In this document: positions 55,692 through 64,000 of the stretch, piece after piece
How the letters are laid out: the number at the start of each line of letters is the position of its first letter
Numbering within the stretch: the first letter of the stretch is position 1
Origin: Chloroflexota bacterium
GTDB taxonomy: Bacteria > Chloroflexota > Dehalococcoidia > UBA2247 > RBG-13-53-26
NCBI GenBank assembly: GCA_016875915.1
Contig: VGOM01000005.1
Coordinates: 23,418-87,417 of the forward strand
DNA length: 64,000 nt
Direction of reading: 5' to 3'
The notes under the pieces: generated by a model
The model's input: only the letters and a program-made list of their open reading frames with translations
Databases searched by the model: none
Told to the model about the DNA's origin: nothing
Position numbers and translations under genes: made by a program

Positions 55692-57149
55692 TCAACCCTT
55701 GACCACGCCTATGGGATAGGCCTTGACCACCTTCCGGCAGAGCCCGGCAAGGTGGCAGACCTCAACCACCTCCGCCACATCCTTGTACGCTGCCGAGGAT
55801 TCCTCGGCCAGGCCTCCCCTGCTGGCTGCCCTAGCCAGGATGCCTCGGGAGGCCAGTTCCGAGGCCACGTCGGCGTCCCTGACCCCCTTCCTAGCTGCAT
55901 GACGGCTCTTCGTCCGGCCCGCTCCATGACAGACAGAGCCAAAGGACTCCCTGATGGCGCCTTCAGCGCCGACGGCCAGAAACGAGTACCGTCCCATGTC
56001 CCCGGGGATAAGCACCGGTTGCCCTGTCTGTCGGTATCTCGGGGGAAGATCGGGGTGGCCAGCGGGGAAGGCCCGGGTGGCCCCCTTACGGTGCACGCAC
56101 AACCTGGTCTTCCGGCCCTCCACTTCGTAGGTCTCTATCTTGGCAATGTTGTGAGCCACGTCGTAGACCATCTCCAGGCCGATATCCCTCAGGCTGCGGC
56201 CGAAGACCGACATGAAGCACTCCCTGGCCCAGTGGGTAATGCACTGCCGGTTGGCCCAGGCGTAGTTGGCGGCGCAGGCCATGGCGGCCAGGTAGTCCCT
56301 CCCCTCCGGCGACTTCACCGGGGCGCAGGCCAACTCGCGGTCAGGGACCTCGATCTGATACCGCTGCATCACATCCCTGAGGGTCCTGACATACTCGTCG
56401 CAGACCTGATGGCCCAGGCCGCGGCTGCCGGTATGGACCAGGAGCAGTACCTGGCCCACCGCATCGATGCCCATGCCCCGGGCCACTGCCGGCTCATAGA
56501 TCTCACCGACCACCTGCACCTCGAGGAAGTGGTTCCCCGACCCAAGGGTTCCCGACTGAGGGAGCCCGCGCTCCTTGGCCCTGACGCTCACCTTGTCGGC
56601 GTCCGCCCCCTCAAGACAGCCGCCCTCCTCGCATACCTCCAGGTCCTCCTTCGTGCCGAAGCCGCGCTTCACCGCCCAGCGGGCGCCCTGAGTCAGGATC
56701 TCGTCGATCTCCTTCTTGCCCACCTTGATCTTGCCCGTCGAACCCAGCCCCGAGGGGATGTTGACTGAGAACTGCGCCAGCAGCTTCTCCAGCCTGGGCC
56801 GCATCTCTGATTCGCGCAGGTTGGTGCGCAGCAGCCTCACCCCGCAGTTGATGTCGTAGCCCACCCCTCCCGGGGAGACCACCCCATCGTCGACCCTGGT
56901 GGCGGCCACCCCGCCTATGGGAAAGCCATAGCCCCAGTGGATATCGGGCATGGCCAGGGAATGACCCACGATCCCGGGCAGGAAGGCCACATTGGCCACC
57001 TGCTCCGCCGCCTGCTCTTCCCGGATGCCCTCCAGCATGGGTTCGCTGGCGTAGATCAGCCCCGGGACCCTCATCCCCGGCTTGTGGCTCGCGGGGATCT
57101 CCCAGCGGTAGTCGTCGATCTTCCGCAGCGTTCCCTCCCAGCGTGCCAT
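55692..57149 (-). CDS. rtcB: RNA-splicing ligase RtcB
   Basis: Canonical RtcB segments (GYDINCGVRLL, HAGRTKSR-like metal/GTP-binding motifs). Confidence 0.95.
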   Translation of the reverse strand: MARWEGTLRKIDDYRWEIPASHKPGMRVPGLIYASEPMLEGIREEQAAEQVANVAFLPGIVGHSLAMPDIHWGYGFPIGGVAATRVDDGVVSPGGVGYDINCGVRLLRTNLRESEMRPRLEKLLAQFSVNIPSGLGSTGKIKVGKKEIDEILTQGARWAVKRGFGTKEDLEVCEEGGCLEGADADKVSVRAKERGLPQSGTLGSGNHFLEVQVVGEIYEPAVARGMGIDAVGQVLLLVHTGSRGLGHQVCDEYVRTLRDVMQRYQIEVPDRELACAPVKSPEGRDYLAAMACAANYAWANRQCITHWARECFMSVFGRSLRDIGLEMVYDVAHNIAKIETYEVEGRKTRLCVHRKGATRAFPAGHPDLPPRYRQTGQPVLIPGDMGRYSFLAVGAEGAIRESFGSVCHGAGRTKSRHAARKGVRDADVASELASRGILARAASRGGLAEESSAAYKDVAEVVEVCHLAGLCRKVVKAYPIGVVKG

Positions 57150-57161
57150 GGCTATCCCCCT

Positions 57162-57578
57162 CTAGACATCGAAGATCACCCGGATGCTGTGGCCGTCATC
57201 CTCCCGGGTCACCCTGAGCATGTGGTACGTCGCCGCCTTGATCCCGCCCTTCAGGTTGTGACGCCGGGGGTTCAGCTTCTCACCGTAGCACCGGGCCTTC
57301 AGTCCGGTATCGGTCAGCTCCGCCACCTCGAATCGCCTGAACAGCAGCCCCTCCACGTCGAGGAGGAAGAGCAGTTCGTTCAGCCACGACACCGCCAGGG
57401 TTTCGCAGTCCCCCGCCTTCACCTCCACCTCCCGGCAGACCCGTTCCTCCACCGCCTCCACATCGGCCATCAGCGAGGACATGGCCCAGGCCAGATTGGC
57501 GAAGGCCTCTTTCAGATCCGCCCCATAGGCCACCACACCCGTGTCGGCGGTGTGCTCGATAACGTCAAACCTCTTCAA
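57162..57578 (-). CDS. Archease (RtcB activator)
   Basis: ~138 aa, N-terminal IEHTADTG motif typical of archease; directly upstream of rtcB. Confidence 0.85.
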   Translation of the reverse strand: MKRFDVIEHTADTGVVAYGADLKEAFANLAWAMSSLMADVEAVEERVCREVEVKAGDCETLAVSWLNELLFLLDVEGLLFRRFEVAELTDTGLKARCYGEKLNPRRHNLKGGIKAATYHMLRVTREDDGHSIRVIFDV

Positions 57579-57694
57579 CAGCCAACCCTCAGAGGACCCG
57601 AATCACGGCGGGCCGTCTCACTCGTCAAGCGGCGGTGCCTACAGCCATCCTATCAGATACTATCCCAGATAGCCAGGCCAGCCGCCGCGGGCCT

Positions 57695-58480
57695 TCACTG
57701 AAGCTGGGCCCCTATCCTCTGCGAAAGCCTGCCGTGGAATACACTGGTGACGTCGGCGCAGGGTTCCAGGTCTTTGAGGAGCGTCCGTGTCTCCCGGGCG
57801 TGACCTTCAGTCCCATTGAGGCCGATCACCTCCACGTACCGGGCCCCCAGGGCGGACGGGGCCCTGAAGGCGAAGGCCAGATAGGCGTTCAGCGTCCGGG
57901 CCATGGCATCGAACGAGCCTCTGCTCACCTGAGACCGGTGCAGCCGTATGGCGGCCATCTTCCGGGCCATCTCTCCATCGATGCCGACCATCAACACCCG
58001 CTCAGCCTCACCCGGCCGTTTTCGGTAGAAGTCGGGGAAGAGCCAGACGCAGTACTCCGCCAGCAGCGGCCCCAACTGTCCGTCCCGGAGCGTCTCGGCC
58101 ACCAGGTCGTGAGTTGCCCTGTGGTCCGGATGCATGTCGCTCCGGCCGGGCATGACAATCAGGTCGGCCTTCGCCGCGGCAACGATTGACCCCAGCCCAT
58201 GCTTCAGGGCCTTCCGCTCAGCACCCCGCAGTCGGGCCACCGTTCCATCCTCCACCCCCAGCTCGATGAAGTCCTGAACGCCGAGGAATGTCCTCTCCCT
58301 TCTGGCTTCCTCCCTCCTGATCTCCGCCAGTTCCTCTGGTGGGACGGTGTCGCTGCCATGGCGGCCATCGGTGACATAGACATATGTCAGCTCCCAGCCG
58401 CGCTTCAGCATCTTGAATAGTATTCCGCCAGCCGCGATGACGCAGTCATCATCGTGGGGCTGGAAACACAGTGCCTTCAG
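57695..58480 (-). CDS. PIG-L/LmbE family deacetylase; start codon non-canonical or frameshifted
   Basis: N-terminal PHDDD and HPDH metal motifs; conserved N-terminus (KALCFQPHDDD) lies upstream of first ATG (58411) in same frame as, and right after, MFS stop; only CTG at 58480 available; C9 homopolymer 58486-94. Confidence 0.6.
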   Translation of the reverse strand: MKALCFQPHDDDCVIAAGGILFKMLKRGWELTYVYVTDGRHGSDTVPPEELAEIRREEARRERTFLGVQDFIELGVEDGTVARLRGAERKALKHGLGSIVAAAKADLIVMPGRSDMHPDHRATHDLVAETLRDGQLGPLLAEYCVWLFPDFYRKRPGEAERVLMVGIDGEMARKMAAIRLHRSQVSRGSFDAMARTLNAYLAFAFRAPSALGARYVEVIGLNGTEGHARETRTLLKDLEPCADVTSVFHGRLSQRIGAQLQ

Positions 58481-58516
58481 GGCTACCCCCCCCCGGTCGT
58501 CTCGCCGGCGGCGACT

Positions 58517-60181
58517 TCAGCCGGCCTCGCTGCGACCGTGAGACCGTCTCAGGGGCACTTCCTTCAGGAACAGCGTCATCAAGAAGGCTACCCCCACGGC
58601 CACCAGGCCCATGACGAAGACATCGCTGATGGCCAGGGCCAAGGCCTCTCTCAGCGCCCGGACCAACTCCTCCACCATGCGGGCACCGTCCGGCCCCAGC
58701 CCTTCGAACATCTCGCGCAGTCTGGAGAGGGCTCCGGCATCCATCAGCGCCTCCGGGTTGTGGGTCAGCTCTGACAGCGTGCCCGGCGGGACGCCGGGCG
58801 GGGCCAGTTTCTCAGCCTTTGAGGCGAACCGGTCGGCCATCATCGAGCCGAACAGGGCCAGGCCCACCGTGGCGCCGATGGCCCGGAAGAACTGCAATGA
58901 TGAGGTGGCGATCCCCATGATCCGATAGGGCACGGCGTTCTGCACGGCGATGATGTACAGAGGCAGCGCCATGCCCACGCCAAATCCCATGACCACGATG
59001 CTCAGGATGGCCTCCCCACGACTGCTGTCCGCGCCCAGGCGGGAGAGGAGGAACATCCCCGACCCCATGACCACTAGCCCCATCAGGGCCTGGATGCGGT
59101 AGTGGCCTCCCAGTCGGGAGAGTGCCTGACCCGAGAGCGTGCTGGCCACCACCAGGCCCAGCATCATCGGAGTGAGGAAGCTGCCGCTGCTGGTGGCCGA
59201 CAGTCCCAGAACACCCTGGAAGAACAGGGGGATGAAGATGATGCCCCCAAACAGCCCCATGCCCATGAAGAACACGGCGATCATGGAGAAGGTGGCCACG
59301 CTGTTCCCGAACATGGACAGGGGCATGATTGGCTCGGCCGCCTGCGACTCCACCAGCACGAACACTATGGCCAGCACCCCCGCCGTGACCAGCACTCCTA
59401 TGACCGGCGCCGAGGCCCATTCGTACTCCACGCCGCCCCAGGACAGCCCCAGAATGAGGCAGACCACGCACGCGATGAGCACGGCCATGCCCGGGTAGTC
59501 CAGGCGGTGCTTGGCCATGGCCGGCCTGATGCTCGGGAAGTAGCGAATGAAGGCCGCGATCACTGGTATGCCCAGTGGGAGATTGACATAGAAGATCCAG
59601 TGCCACGAGAGGTTGTCCGTGATGAACCCGCCCAGGATCGGCCCCACAATTGAGGACAGCCCGAACACGGCGGTGATCAGTCCCTGGTACTTGCCCCGCT
59701 CGCTGGGCGGGAAGAGGTCTCCGATGACGATGAAGGCATTGGCTATCATGATCCCGCCGCCGATGCCCTGGAAGGCCCGGAAGATGATCAGTTGGTTCAG
59801 CGTCTGGCTCAGGCCAGCCAGCGCGGAGCCTAGGAGGAAGATCACCAGTCCGGCGATGTAGAAGCGCTTCCGCCCATAGATGTCCGTCAGGCGGCCGACG
59901 ATGGGCATGACCGAGGTGGAGGTCATCAGGTAGGCCGTGGTCACCCAGGTGTACCGATCGAAGCCGCCCAGGTCGGCTATGATTCGCGGCATGGCGGTGC
60001 CCACCACGGTCTGGTCCAGGGAACCCAGAAACATGGCCAGCATCACGCCGCCCAGGGTGACGAACACCTTGGACCGATCCAGGGACTCAAAGCCCTGGCC
60101 CCCTGCTTCAGCCCCGGGCCCTCCCGGGCGGGCTGAGCCTCCGTCATCGGCACCCGGCGGGTGCCTGATATCCTTCTCCAT
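58517..60181 (-). CDS. MFS transporter, 14-TM drug:H+ antiporter (DHA2/EmrB-like)
   Basis: MFS motif GRLTDIYGRKR, 14 predicted TM segments. Confidence 0.8.
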   Translation of the reverse strand: MEKDIRHPPGADDGGSARPGGPGAEAGGQGFESLDRSKVFVTLGGVMLAMFLGSLDQTVVGTAMPRIIADLGGFDRYTWVTTAYLMTSTSVMPIVGRLTDIYGRKRFYIAGLVIFLLGSALAGLSQTLNQLIIFRAFQGIGGGIMIANAFIVIGDLFPPSERGKYQGLITAVFGLSSIVGPILGGFITDNLSWHWIFYVNLPLGIPVIAAFIRYFPSIRPAMAKHRLDYPGMAVLIACVVCLILGLSWGGVEYEWASAPVIGVLVTAGVLAIVFVLVESQAAEPIMPLSMFGNSVATFSMIAVFFMGMGLFGGIIFIPLFFQGVLGLSATSSGSFLTPMMLGLVVASTLSGQALSRLGGHYRIQALMGLVVMGSGMFLLSRLGADSSRGEAILSIVVMGFGVGMALPLYIIAVQNAVPYRIMGIATSSLQFFRAIGATVGLALFGSMMADRFASKAEKLAPPGVPPGTLSELTHNPEALMDAGALSRLREMFEGLGPDGARMVEELVRALREALALAISDVFVMGLVAVGVAFLMTLFLKEVPLRRSHGRSEAG

Positions 60182-60503
60182 CAGTGAACAGCCACAGCCC
60201 AGCCCACGCTGCGCCGGGCTCAGGGCAACGATCAACTAGTATACCCCCAGCCAAGCTGTGCCGACAAAGAATCCCGGAGGCGCACGTGCCTTGTTGGGCC
60301 TTTTCAGTCCCTGTATAATCTACCAAATGGCACCCAGACGTTCCCCCAAGAGCCCCCAGAGATCCCTCAAAACAGCACGTGACCACCGGGTAGCCACCAG
60401 CGACGACGTCGAAGTCTCCACCTACCTGGAGATCGCCGCTGAGAAGCGCGGGAAGCAGCCCGTGGCCCAGAAGACGCCGGCTCCGGGAGGCGAACGCGAG
60501 GCG

Positions 60504-62027
60504 GTGGTCATCCTCGACTTCGGCTCCCAGTACAGCATGCTCATCGCCCGCCGCGTCCGCGAATGGCAGGTGTACTGCGAACTTGTGCCATACGATACAC
60601 CCTGGGAGAGCATCGCCCACCTCCACCCCCGGGGGTTGATCCTCTCCGGCGGTCCGGCCGGGGTCTACGAGCCCGGGGCGCCCCTGGCCCCGGCTTATGT
60701 CTACCAGAGAGATATCCCCGTTCTGGGCATCTGCTACGGGATGCACGCCATGGCCCAGCAGCTGGGCGGGAAGGTGGCCCTGCAGGCGAAGCGGGAATAC
60801 GGACACGCCATCCTCCACCAGAGTGCCGATTCACCGCTGCTGGCCTACCTGCCCTTCTCCATGCCCGTCTGGATGAGCCACGGCGACCAGGTGGTGGAGT
60901 TGCCTCCGGGATTCACCACCCTGGCCTACACGGACAACTGCCCCATCGCCGTCATGGGCAACGATCAGGGGTTCTACGGCCTGCAGTTCCACCCCGAGGT
61001 GGTCCACACCCCGGAAGGCAAGACCGTCCTGAAGAACTTTCTGTACAACGTCTGCGGCTGCCAAGGCAACTGGACCGCCCGGAACTTCATCGCCGAAAGC
61101 ACGGAAAGGATCGCCGAACAGGTGGGGATGGGCAGGGTCATCTGCGCCCTCTCAGGAGGCGTCGACTCCGCAGTGGCCGCCACCCTCATCCACCGCGCCA
61201 TCGGCGACCAGCTCACCTGCATCTTCGTGGACAACGGGCTGCTCCGCAAGGAGGAGCCGGAGAGGACGGTCGACGCCTTCCAGAGAAACCTGAAGATGAA
61301 TGTCATTCACGTGGACGCCACGGAGCGGTTCCTCAACCGGCTGAAAGGGGTCACCGATCCCGAGGAGAAGCGCCATGCGGTGGGTGAGGAGTTCATACGG
61401 GTCTTCGAGGATGAGGCGGCCAAGCTGGGCAAGGTCGATCTGCTGGCCCAGGGGACGCTCTACCCCGATGTCATAGAGAGCGCGGCGCCCAACCAGAAGG
61501 CTTCCGCCCGGATCAAGTCCCATCACAACGTCGGCGGATTGCCGGCCAAGATGGCCCTGAAGCTGATCGAGCCCCTGCGCTATCTGTTCAAAGATGAGGT
61601 GAGGAAGGTGGGTCTGGCCCTGGGACTGCCCGAGGACATCATCTACCGGCAGCCGTTTCCAGGTCCGGGACTCTCCGTGCGCATCGTGGGCGAGGTGAAC
61701 CGGGACAGCCTGGAGGTGCTCAGGGCCGCGGATTGGATCGTCATGAGTGAAATCAAGAAGGCCAACCTCTATCGGCAGCTCTGGCAGAGCTTCGCCGTGC
61801 TCACCAACGTCAGAAGCGTGGGGGTCATGGGCGACTTCAGAACCTACGGCTACCTGGTGGCGGTGCGGGCGGTGATCAGCGAAGATGCCATGACCGCCGA
61901 CTGGGCCCGGTTGCCCTATGAGCTCCTGGCCCAGATCTCCAATCGCATCGTCAACGAGGTTCCCGAAGTGAACCGCGTGGTCTATGACATATCGTCCAAG
62001 CCCCCGGCCACCATTGAATGGGAGTAG
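60504..62027 (+). CDS. guaA: GMP synthase (glutamine-hydrolysing) GuaA
   Basis: GATase-1 ([16 protein letters not shown]), ATP-PPase SGGVDS; GTG 60504 gives canonical [11 protein letters not shown]-terminus (alternative ATG 60324 would add a Pro/Arg-rich 60-aa extension). Confidence 0.85.
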   Translation: MVILDFGSQYSMLIARRVREWQVYCELVPYDTPWESIAHLHPRGLILSGGPAGVYEPGAPLAPAYVYQRDIPVLGICYGMHAMAQQLGGKVALQAKREYGHAILHQSADSPLLAYLPFSMPVWMSHGDQVVELPPGFTTLAYTDNCPIAVMGNDQGFYGLQFHPEVVHTPEGKTVLKNFLYNVCGCQGNWTARNFIAESTERIAEQVGMGRVICALSGGVDSAVAATLIHRAIGDQLTCIFVDNGLLRKEEPERTVDAFQRNLKMNVIHVDATERFLNRLKGVTDPEEKRHAVGEEFIRVFEDEAAKLGKVDLLAQGTLYPDVIESAAPNQKASARIKSHHNVGGLPAKMALKLIEPLRYLFKDEVRKVGLALGLPEDIIYRQPFPGPGLSVRIVGEVNRDSLEVLRAADWIVMSEIKKANLYRQLWQSFAVLTNVRSVGVMGDFRTYGYLVAVRAVISEDAMTADWARLPYELLAQISNRIVNEVPEVNRVVYDISSKPPATIEWE

Positions 62028-62057
62028 CGCCGGCGGCAACAGGGAGGGAAGACAGCG

Positions 62058-62318
62058 ATGGCACACCACAACGGCGACGAACTGGAAGAGATGGAGGACA
62101 GGGAACTGGACCTGGACATGCTCCGGGAGGACCTCATAGGTGAGCTTGAGGCCATCAACCAGTATCAGGCACATATCGACACCCTGGACAGCGACGAAGC
62201 CAGGGCCGTCCTGGAGCACATCCGGGACGATGAGAAGGAGCACGTAGCCGAGCTGGTCAAGCTGATCCAGAAGCTGGACACCGTGCAGGCAGCCAAGTTC
62301 AAGAAGGAAGGGCTGTAG
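62058..62318 (+). CDS. Encapsulated-ferritin (EncFtn)-like small ferritin-like protein, no obvious C-terminal cargo-loading peptide
   Basis: 86 aa acidic protein; ELEAINQYQAHID...HIRDDEKEHVAELVKL matches EncFtn di-iron ExxH/EKEH motifs. Confidence 0.55.
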   Translation: MAHHNGDELEEMEDRELDLDMLREDLIGELEAINQYQAHIDTLDSDEARAVLEHIRDDEKEHVAELVKLIQKLDTVQAAKFKKEGL

Positions 62319-62402
62319 TCCCTCTCATCGCCTGAGACAACCCCTGCAGCGCCCCCTCACTTGCCGCGAGAAGCCCGGCCGGACCCGGAGAAGAGCAGAC
62401 CC

Positions 62403-63683
62403 ATGAAGGCAATGGTCATCGGCAGCGGTGCCCGGGAGCATGCCCTGGCCTGGAAGCTGAGGCAGAGCCCCCGGGTTGACCGTCTCTTCGTCGCCCCGGG
62501 CAACGCCGGAACGGCAGCCATCGCCCAGAACCTGGATATCCCCGCCACGAACATCGAAGCCCTGGCTGAGGCGGCGGGGCAGCATCGCATCGACCTGACC
62601 GTTGTCGGCCCCGAGGCACCTTTGGCCTCAGGCATCGTCGATCTCTTCCAGAGCCGCAGCCTCCCCGTCCTCGGCCCCTCCAGGGCCGCCTCTCAGATCG
62701 AGGCCAGCAAGGTCTTCTCCAAGGAGCTGATGCAGAAGCACCGCATACCCTGTGCCCGGGGGGCGGTCTTCACTTCGTATGCCCAGGCCAGGGAGTACGT
62801 TCAATCGCAGCCGGCTCCGCTGGTCATCAAAGCCGATGGGCTGGCCGCGGGCAAGGGGGTGGTGGTGGCCGCCTCCGCGGAGCAGGCCCTTGAGGCGCTG
62901 TCCGACTTCATGGAGAAGAGGGTCCTTGGGGCCGCCGGGGACAGGATCATCGTCGAGGAATGCCTCAGTGGCCGCGAGGTGAGCCTGCTGGCCTTCACCG
63001 ACGGCAGGAACGTCCGGCCCATGGTGCCGGCCTGCGACTACAAACGGGTGTTCGACGGCGACCGCGGACCGAACACCGGGGGCATGGGCAGTTACAGCCC
63101 CCCCGGCTTCTTCAGTCAGTCAGATGTGCTGAAGATACAGCAGACCATACTGGAGCCCACCGTGCGGGCCATGGCCGCTGAGGGGATACCCTACAGGGGC
63201 GTCCTCTATGCCGGGCTGATGGTCAACCCGGAGGGGGCCAGGGTCCTGGAGTTCAACGCCAGATTCGGCGACCCGGAGACCCAGGCCATCATACCCCGGC
63301 TGAAGACAGACCTCGTAGACATCTTCCTGGCTGTCATCAACGGAACCCTGAACAGATTGGCCATAGAATGGAGCGACGACGCCTGCGTCGCCGTGGTCCT
63401 GGCCTCGGAGGGCTACCCAGGGGCATACCATACCGGCCTTCCCATATCCGGCCTGACCGGGCTGGACCCGGATATGCACGTCTTCCACGCCGGCACGGCG
63501 ATGAAGAACGGCGTGGTCACCAGCGGCGGCAGGGTGCTCACCGTGGCTGCCACCGGCCGGACCCTGCGAGAGGCCCGCGACCGGGTCTATGCCGATGTCC
63601 CCCGGATTCAGTTCCATGGCCGCCACTACAGACGAGACATCGCCGCCAGGGAGATCCCTCCCGAAGCAGGCGGCAGCAGGTAG
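62403..63683 (+). CDS. purD: Phosphoribosylamine--glycine ligase PurD
   Basis: MKAMVIGSGAREHALAWKL N-terminus, ATP-grasp core. Confidence 0.95.
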   Translation: MKAMVIGSGAREHALAWKLRQSPRVDRLFVAPGNAGTAAIAQNLDIPATNIEALAEAAGQHRIDLTVVGPEAPLASGIVDLFQSRSLPVLGPSRAASQIEASKVFSKELMQKHRIPCARGAVFTSYAQAREYVQSQPAPLVIKADGLAAGKGVVVAASAEQALEALSDFMEKRVLGAAGDRIIVEECLSGREVSLLAFTDGRNVRPMVPACDYKRVFDGDRGPNTGGMGSYSPPGFFSQSDVLKIQQTILEPTVRAMAAEGIPYRGVLYAGLMVNPEGARVLEFNARFGDPETQAIIPRLKTDLVDIFLAVINGTLNRLAIEWSDDACVAVVLASEGYPGAYHTGLPISGLTGLDPDMHVFHAGTAMKNGVVTSGGRVLTVAATGRTLREARDRVYADVPRIQFHGRHYRRDIAAREIPPEAGGSR

Positions 63684-63688
63684 AGCCC

Positions 63689-64000
63689 ATGCCCCCAACC
63701 GTGAGGCGGCAGGCGGCTTCAACACCGGTGGGAGAGACCATCCCCAGGACTGCGAGAACCCTCTCTTTGGCCACTGCCGGCCCCTCAGCCACAGCAGAGC
63801 TGGGGCGGCGGATCGGCGGACTGCTGGGCCGGGGCAGCGTTGTGGCCCTCGTCGGCGAGTTGGGCTGCGGCAAGACCTGTTTCGCCAAGGGACTGTGCGC
63901 CGGACTGGGCATCCCCGGCAGGCAGGTGACCAGTCCCACCTTCACCCTCGTCAACGAGTACGCCGGCAGGCTGCCGGTGCTGCACCTCGACCTCTACCGG
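63689..64000 (+). CDS. tsaE: tRNA threonylcarbamoyladenosine biosynthesis protein TsaE (partial, 3' end beyond window)
   Basis: GELGCGKT P-loop and SPTFTLVNEY motif; ATG 63689 directly after purD stop. Confidence 0.75.
   Translation, partial: MPPTVRRQAASTPVGETIPRTARTLSLATAGPSATAELGRRIGGLLGRGSVVALVGELGCGKTCFAKGLCAGLGIPGRQVTSPTFTLVNEYAGRLPVLHLDLYR

Noticed and set aside
62319-62402. Possible ZTP/purine riboswitch upstream of purD
   Set aside because: Leader only ~84 nt and lacks the conserved ZTP pseudoknot sequences (GGGUCGUGAC...CCGGGCGGA) on inspection
1-64000. Searched intergenic gaps for tRNA-like T-loops (GGTTCGAATCC), CRISPR-like periodic repeats, transposase/integrase ORFs and long direct/inverted terminal repeats
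   Set aside because: None seen by eye; the only repeats are short (16-bp tandem at 27281, hairpins at 45313 and 55661, palindrome at 37534)

Overview
High-GC (~65%) bacterial chromosomal segment with about 60 genes, no rRNA/tRNA, no CRISPR and no recognisable mobile element. Conserved housekeeping genes (clpC 5' end, dnaJ, plsY, der, argF, rsmI, metG, ftsH, moaE, mscL, thyX, rtcB plus archease, guaA, purD, tsaE) are interleaved with three accessory blocks. (i) Positions 6.3-23.5 kb: a C-x-E (glycerol-dehydratase/CutC/HypD-type) glycyl radical enzyme with no activase in the window, flanked by CrtI-like and KstD-like flavoenzymes, an ABC exporter, and a beta-oxidation-like cluster. The latter comprises a family-III CoA-transferase, SCP2, two tandem Cys-motif DUF2148-like paralogs, acyl-CoA synthetase, ACAD, SCPx-type thiolase, SDR and an acetoacetate-decarboxylase-family protein. 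(ii) Positions 32.3-44.6 kb: two divergently transcribed, paralogous ATP-dependent [4Fe-4S] 2-hydroxyacyl-CoA dehydratase / class-I benzoyl-CoA-reductase-like modules. One has two distinct ATPase genes (BadDEFG/BcrCBAD-like order). The other has one ATPase plus a Cys-rich unknown protein and a CooC/MinD-like P-loop ATPase. They share a 295-bp intergenic region with a perfect 14-bp palindrome and are flanked by an MBL hydrolase, a zinc-ribbon protein, hybrid cluster protein Hcp and a racemase-like protein. (iii) Positions 49-55 kb: a cNMP-sensing hybrid histidine kinase, an orphan CheY, thyX, and a pseudo-receiver::MetF::MetV-like fusion followed by a second metF and a zf-trcl zinc-ribbon gene. 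Smaller oddities include an EncFtn-like mini-ferritin without an encapsulin, two genes lacking canonical start codons, a shared extended -10 motif upstream of clpC/ftsH/metF, and a 16-bp tandem duplication at the moaE 3' end. Many long antisense ORFs in the six-frame track are GC-driven artefacts.
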